From Polyangia bacterium (lineage in GTDB: Bacteria > Myxococcota_A > Polyangia > JAAYKL01), in the NCBI GenBank assembly GCA_050287845.1, contig JBNKCR010000026.1:1-64000 (forward strand): DNA of 64,000 nt, read 5' to 3'. Positions within the stretch are counted from its first letter, which is position 1. Each line of letters opens with the position of its first letter. The translations under genes and the position numbers were made by a program. This document shows, piece by piece, positions 59,060-64,000 of the stretch. The notes under the pieces are model-generated. The model saw only the letters and a list, made by a program, of their open reading frames with translations, ran no database searches and was not told the origin of the DNA.

Positions 59060-61636
59060 TTATTGAGGTTGAGAATTCAAATAGTGAATTATAGGGTTCA
59101 TGTTTTGGTCTACCAGTTCCGGATGTGTATCTAAATATTGCTTTGTATTGAAATTTGCATTGGGGTTGTGGCCAAGCTTCCATCCAATTTCAAGAAAATG
59201 AATCAGCGGATTAATTTCAGGTGAATGTAAAGCATATTTGGATTTGTAAAAGACTATGTCAAATAAGGCGTGCGGCTGTCGGTTTTCTCGATAGCCAATT
59301 TTTACAAAATGAATCAGTGGATTAACTCCTGCGTCTTTCACATCCCGATTTGATTTCAAATAGAACACAACATCAAAAAGCGGATGTGGATTCAAACCTT
59401 GTTTCCAACCACTATATAAAAAATGCGTGAGAGGATTATCTAATCTCTTATTGTTTAACGACGAGATTTGACTTCGATAATACTCAATGTCAAATAATGG
59501 ATGTGGGTTGGCGCCGTGATTTTGACCATATTGAATAAAGTGGAAAAAAAGCGAAGTTTCCTGCGGGATCTGTACCACCCATTGCTTTCGATAATAATCG
59601 AAATTAAAAAGCGGATGTGGTGCGAATCGGTTGCAATTCTGGATGAAGTGGTCAACAAGGTCAGTTGCTTTAAAATAAAGTTCCGGATGGGATTCCAAAT
59701 AAAATTTTGAATCGAATAATTTGCTGTTTTTTAAAATTCGTTTCAGTTTCGTATGCTGCCTTGCGACCAAAGGGTGTCGAATAATGGAAAAAAGACGCCT
59801 TGCAAGAAAAAAAGGCCAAAACAATCTCGCTTTTTTCATCAATTCTTTTCGAAAAAATTCTCTCCAACTCTGCAAAATTTTGTGTTCGGCAACTACTTCT
59901 GAAAGTAGTACATGTTGATATTCTAAATGGTTTGATTGCCTTTCAATTTTTTTTGACAGCGAAGAAAGTATGTCTGAATGACATTTAAATTGCTTGTGAA
60001 TCGTTTTTTCGTGTTGAAATGACTGGTCTTGTAACTCAGTGATTTTTAATATTTGCTGTTGAAGTGGTTCAATATTGTTACATATAGATTCTTGAATATG
60101 GGTACCTAAAAAGCTCACGCTTTCATCAATGGAATTGATTTTCCCCTCATTTTTACTTTGAAAGGTTAATAGTCGTTCCAATGTTGATTGGGACTCCTGT
60201 TGTATCGAATCAAGTGTTTCAACATGTTTTTTCAATGAGTTAAGATTGGAATGAATGGCATTTTGCACATTCGATATTTGATCTATCGCGTGGGTGGCAT
60301 GATCAACTTGATTGTGCTGTACATCTATTTGCTCCTTAATAGCGAAAATCGAATTAGTGCTAATTTCTAACTTTTCTTTTTGGCGGAAACTTTCGCTATT
60401 TAAATCGAGAAGAATTTTTTCAATTTTGCCGCTTTTTTTAGCACTTTCCAAGTTTTGAAATTTTATCCCCCTCAGCTCTTTCCCCAAATCAATCCGGTTC
60501 TGCGCATCTGTGAGAAATGAGTGGCTCAGGCGAAATACATCCAATTGATTCATCGCCAAATAATGAACTGATATTTCAACTGAAGCGATTGAGACATCCG
60601 TTATGAATTCTATTTGGCTATCGGGGATAAGAAAATAAAATACATTTTCAAGAAAAAATGTTGCGTTTGATTTAGTATATTCCAGCCTTCGCTTTTCCCC
60701 ATCACAATCCGTTATCTCAACATAATTCAGACGAACGACGACTTCATGATTGGCAGGGTCAAATCGAAATCGTCGAACAGAATAATCTGACAGATCAAAA
60801 TGTAGTGTTTCAGAACCCTCGACGACATTCCGCTGAATCGCATTTGTACGGTTTAATCCCGTTCCTGTATCATAATAAAGTACAGCGGTTTCAGATGGCG
60901 TATTTTGATACTGCGAAAGCTCGTTCCTCAAATATTGTATTATTTTCCCTTGCAGCTCTCCAACTGGGATAATGTTGGATTTTTGATGAGAAGAGGGTTT
61001 GTTCGGTGTATCATCATAAACAAGTTCCGGAATGACATCGTTGTCGGAATTTCGATGAACAAATGTTTTCTGGGCTACTTGCTTAAAGGCATTTTCAAAT
61101 AGCTCGTATTCCATTCCGGATAAAATGGGTACTAACTTTTGATACAAATAGGCAGCTTCAGTCACCAGACGCGGGTAAGATAAAAATGTGACTGGAATAT
61201 TAAATGTTCCTAGAAAAAGACAAAACTCATAAAGTTTTTCTAAAAAAAATGGTTTTTGAAGGTCAGTGTCATTGACACTCTCCAGCCCTCCCCAAACTTT
61301 GCTTAAATCGATTCCTTCAGGTAAACTTTCAATATTTTTAAGGCGACTCCGGACCGCAGCATCTATATCTCGAAGAGGTATAAAAACATGATCAATTATT
61401 ACATTACTGTCGTTCTTTAAAAAATCCTTCAACTGCCACATTAGTTTGGGATTTTTGATGATGTATGGCAGATTTGGTCCTAGTCCTTGATGTTCAAGTC
61501 CTGCTCTGACTTGGTTGTCAATAGGCAAATATTCATCTGTGAATCCTGTATCAAAGTGTAATTTTGTAAGCAATTGTACTAAAAATGTTGTTCCCGACCG
61601 TCCTGGACCAGTAATGATAATATGTCTTTTTTTCAT
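59060..61636 (-). CDS. Sulfotransferase-like N-terminus, beta-sandwich, long coiled coil and 6 C-terminal repeats
   Basis: ITGPGRSGTTFL, KNP, RD….RS; LYYD…RFDP; Q/E/K-rich heptads; FDxx(F/Y)Y…NPLxHF…G…P repeats. Confidence 0.65.
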   Translation of the reverse strand: MKKRHIIITGPGRSGTTFLVQLLTKLHFDTGFTDEYLPIDNQVRAGLEHQGLGPNLPYIIKNPKLMWQLKDFLKNDSNVIIDHVFIPLRDIDAAVRSRLKNIESLPEGIDLSKVWGGLESVNDTDLQKPFFLEKLYEFCLFLGTFNIPVTFLSYPRLVTEAAYLYQKLVPILSGMEYELFENAFKQVAQKTFVHRNSDNDVIPELVYDDTPNKPSSHQKSNIIPVGELQGKIIQYLRNELSQYQNTPSETAVLYYDTGTGLNRTNAIQRNVVEGSETLHFDLSDYSVRRFRFDPANHEVVVRLNYVEITDCDGEKRRLEYTKSNATFFLENVFYFLIPDSQIEFITDVSIASVEISVHYLAMNQLDVFRLSHSFLTDAQNRIDLGKELRGIKFQNLESAKKSGKIEKILLDLNSESFRQKEKLEISTNSIFAIKEQIDVQHNQVDHATHAIDQISNVQNAIHSNLNSLKKHVETLDSIQQESQSTLERLLTFQSKNEGKINSIDESVSFLGTHIQESICNNIEPLQQQILKITELQDQSFQHEKTIHKQFKCHSDILSSLSKKIERQSNHLEYQHVLLSEVVAEHKILQSWREFFRKELMKKARLFWPFFLARRLFSIIRHPLVARQHTKLKRILKNSKLFDSKFYLESHPELYFKATDLVDHFIQNCNRFAPHPLFNFDYYRKQWVVQIPQETSLFFHFIQYGQNHGANPHPLFDIEYYRSQISSLNNKRLDNPLTHFLYSGWKQGLNPHPLFDVVFYLKSNRDVKDAGVNPLIHFVKIGYRENRQPHALFDIVFYKSKYALHSPEINPLIHFLEIGWKLGHNPNANFNTKQYLDTHPELVDQNMNPIIHYLNSQPQ

Positions 61637-61713
61637 TTGAGTTGCCTAAACATAGCGGTGAAATTCTGGCTATCACATGAGTTCACTGAAAAATAAAACG
61701 CACACCGGAAACT

Positions 61714-64000
61714 CTATTTTACTGAATCACCATCATCAAAGGAGCCCAAAATATCATTTGAAATAAACGTGCTTACATTTGGAAAATTCTTCATTATTTC
61801 ATTCGCCAATCTCATCCGGCTTTCTTTTTTTGTATCGTTATTATTATTTATGACATCATCCAAAAAATATTGGATGTCTGATTCAGTATAGGCAATGTAA
61901 CATTCATTGAGACATTTTATACCCAGATCGGTAAATTTATCTCTGATATCGTCGGGTGATTTCAACATATAACAACATGGCATTTTTGTATAAAAGTATT
62001 CCACAAGAAATGAACCACAATCTTGAATTATTCCGTCCGACTGCACGAAGTCCTCAAAATAATTGCGTACAGAGCTGATTCGCATGTTTGGATATGATGT
62101 TAGCTTCTGAATATACTCGTCAACTTGCTGTTCATCCCACAGCCCACTTTTAGCCAGGGAAATGAAAAGCGCCGGATGCGGACGGAAGACAAAGTCGATA
62201 TCGGGATACAGCTTCGGCAATTTCACAAACAGATCTGCATATTTTTCGAAGTTGGAAAGTGCGAGAACCTTATTAAAACCTTTATCAATAGAGTGATGTG
62301 GTGCGATGAGTATTGTTTTCCTCGTGCGTTTTTCCCTACCATACTTGGCAAGTTCGTCCATTTTACAATATCCCGACAGTACGGCATTTTTTTCAGACGC
62401 AATTCCAAATTTTTCATACTCTTTCCAGTTGTAGTCTGTTTCAACATAGACTTTCCAGAAAAAATTATAGTAGTCCGTCTGAAGTATTAAGCGGTCGTAT
62501 TTCGAACGAAAGAAACCATAATTTATATGAAATGGTAATACCGATTTTCTGAAAATATAATCGAGGTTATATTGTTCAATAGAAAATCGATACGGCAGAG
62601 GATAGCATACCAAGTCGCAATTTTCTGTTATATCGACAAAACTATTATTCTTTTCGTCAAAGGCCAATTCGACATGTTCTAACTCCTGGGATAATGCTTT
62701 GTGCGCAGCGTGCATGTCATCAATACCCTTTTGATATCCAAAACGAACATCGGGGATAACAACAATTTTCGCATCAAATTCAGCTTTTGTTAAAAGTAGA
62801 TCATAGAGCGGTTTGGCTGGAAACATTGTCGGCCAGGCAACAAGGAAACAGACACGGATTTTCTTTCCTTCGCAAAATCTATTTTTAATTTGTCTGTGAA
62901 TTTTTTCGTAATGTTTGAACTGTAAATCAATTCCGTATTCTACAGGTATATCTTTTCTTGTATTCCGAGACTTAATTTTATTCAAAAGATGCTCATTAAT
63001 ACAATCAAACAGCAGACTATTTTTTTGTCGTATGAAATCAAGAATCGCCTCAGGCGCTTCCACGCTTGAGCCCATCAGTACTTTGATTTTCGCCAGAGGC
63101 ATTCGAAAATCGCGCAGTAGTGATAAAGTTTTTTTGGTTGGAATGGGTGCGTTGTACGTATCAGAAAAATTTATGTCAATGTATGTATCACAAGAAAATC
63201 CTGCCGTTTGAAGAACGTGAGTAAATTTCATTTCATATTCTGTAACAACCCAGGAAGGAGAAATCTGCCGCTTAACACCCAACAAGAAATCCGAAAATAC
63301 GGAACTGGTATAAACATGCCTTTTAAATACATAAAAGAAACTCTGAATATGTGCGTGTGTGACTTCACTGGATGCCTTGCTCAGTGTGAGTCCCCAAAAA
63401 TCACACCTTCTATTTTTCATTGACTCAACCGCTTCAACAAAAGGAAATACAGGGCCATAACAACTGTCATTACAAAAAAGCAGTTCATCAAACTGGTTCA
63501 ACAATCCATGACTATTTAAAAATAAAAATCCACGTTTATATGAACCGAAATCATATTCGTTGTGCCTCTTGAAAATAAAGTGCGATACAAAAGGACGAAT
63601 TTTCTTCAATTGTTCGGGAAAGATCGGATTGTCTGCAACAAATACAATGGCATCTGCAATCGTTTTTATTCCACGCAACAACTCAACCACGTAATCTTCA
63701 ATGCAGCCATTTCCGCTGAATGACGCAAATACTGCTACGCGTCCCAGAGATGATGAAGTTATTGGTGCGACCGTTTCTGTCATTTCAAGGGTCCCCATGG
63801 GAAACTGAAAATCTTTTATTTCAGCGTAACGCTTTATTCGACCTTCTTTCCATCCCCACTTTTCATAATGTATAAGTGGATTAATATGTACAACTGCTAC
63901 ATCAGGATTTATTTCAAGATATTCTGTTGTGCTGAATGCGCGTGAGGGATTGCGACCCGTTTTCCATCCGAATTTAAGATAGTGTTTTGCAGGATCAATC
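61714..64000 (-). CDS. N-terminal repeats, RgpF-like domain and TagF-like (CDP-glycerol glycerophosphotransferase) domain; 5'-partial
   Basis: The frame stays open from 63798 to the window edge (IDPAKHYLKFGWKTGRNP…NPLIHYEKWGWKEGR); YDFGSYK, NDSCYGP, HIQS.F; GY.KMD, APHH, RPHP, SD..I.D.GSF..EY. Confidence 0.78.
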   Translation of the reverse strand, partial: IDPAKHYLKFGWKTGRNPSRAFSTTEYLEINPDVAVVHINPLIHYEKWGWKEGRIKRYAEIKDFQFPMGTLEMTETVAPITSSSLGRVAVFASFSGNGCIEDYVVELLRGIKTIADAIVFVADNPIFPEQLKKIRPFVSHFIFKRHNEYDFGSYKRGFLFLNSHGLLNQFDELLFCNDSCYGPVFPFVEAVESMKNRRCDFWGLTLSKASSEVTHAHIQSFFYVFKRHVYTSSVFSDFLLGVKRQISPSWVVTEYEMKFTHVLQTAGFSCDTYIDINFSDTYNAPIPTKKTLSLLRDFRMPLAKIKVLMGSSVEAPEAILDFIRQKNSLLFDCINEHLLNKIKSRNTRKDIPVEYGIDLQFKHYEKIHRQIKNRFCEGKKIRVCFLVAWPTMFPAKPLYDLLLTKAEFDAKIVVIPDVRFGYQKGIDDMHAAHKALSQELEHVELAFDEKNNSFVDITENCDLVCYPLPYRFSIEQYNLDYIFRKSVLPFHINYGFFRSKYDRLILQTDYYNFFWKVYVETDYNWKEYEKFGIASEKNAVLSGYCKMDELAKYGREKRTRKTILIAPHHSIDKGFNKVLALSNFEKYADLFVKLPKLYPDIDFVFRPHPALFISLAKSGLWDEQQVDEYIQKLTSYPNMRISSVRNYFEDFVQSDGIIQDCGSFLVEYFYTKMPCCYMLKSPDDIRDKFTDLGIKCLNECYIAYTESDIQYFLDDVINNNNDTKKESRMRLANEIMKNFPNVSTFISNDILGSFDDGDSVK

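Noticed and set aside
63796..63798. ATG 63798 as the start of the last gene
   Set aside because: The frame remains open to the window edge and encodes further repeat units.

Overview
Bacterial chromosomal window. It resembles a deltaproteobacterial or Myxococcota-type genome (inference from Cys-rich lipoproteins, a large multiheme cytochrome and sigma54 promoters). Left to right: a short partial CDS and a CTGCGTCCCC repeat cluster (1-460); a minus-strand moeA-moaA-moaC-MOSC/mogA-cysG cofactor operon; a sigma54-led three-gene operon (nucleotidyltransferase fused to a 2-deoxy-scyllo-inosose-synthase-like cyclase, SDR, PfkB kinase) that looks like an undescribed CDP-cyclitol pathway; gdhA with a PPDK-N-domain partner; a three-gene operon (ferredoxin/flavoprotein/cytochrome b fusion, 30-heme cytochrome c, putative beta-barrel) that looks like a cytoplasm-to-surface electron conduit; a membrane sulfatase-fold transferase; an MBL-fold/cNMP protein; a lipoprotein-porin-small periplasmic protein module with a decayed duplicate; a STAS-cheY-cheA-cheW-cheW-MCP-like cluster; a CoA-binding protein, truD and plsB; then a kpsF/M/T/E/D capsule export block, gmd/fcl, and an increasingly AT-rich capsule synthesis region that runs off the right edge. 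No rRNA, tRNA or CRISPR array was recognised. All calls come from motif reading by eye; no searches were run.
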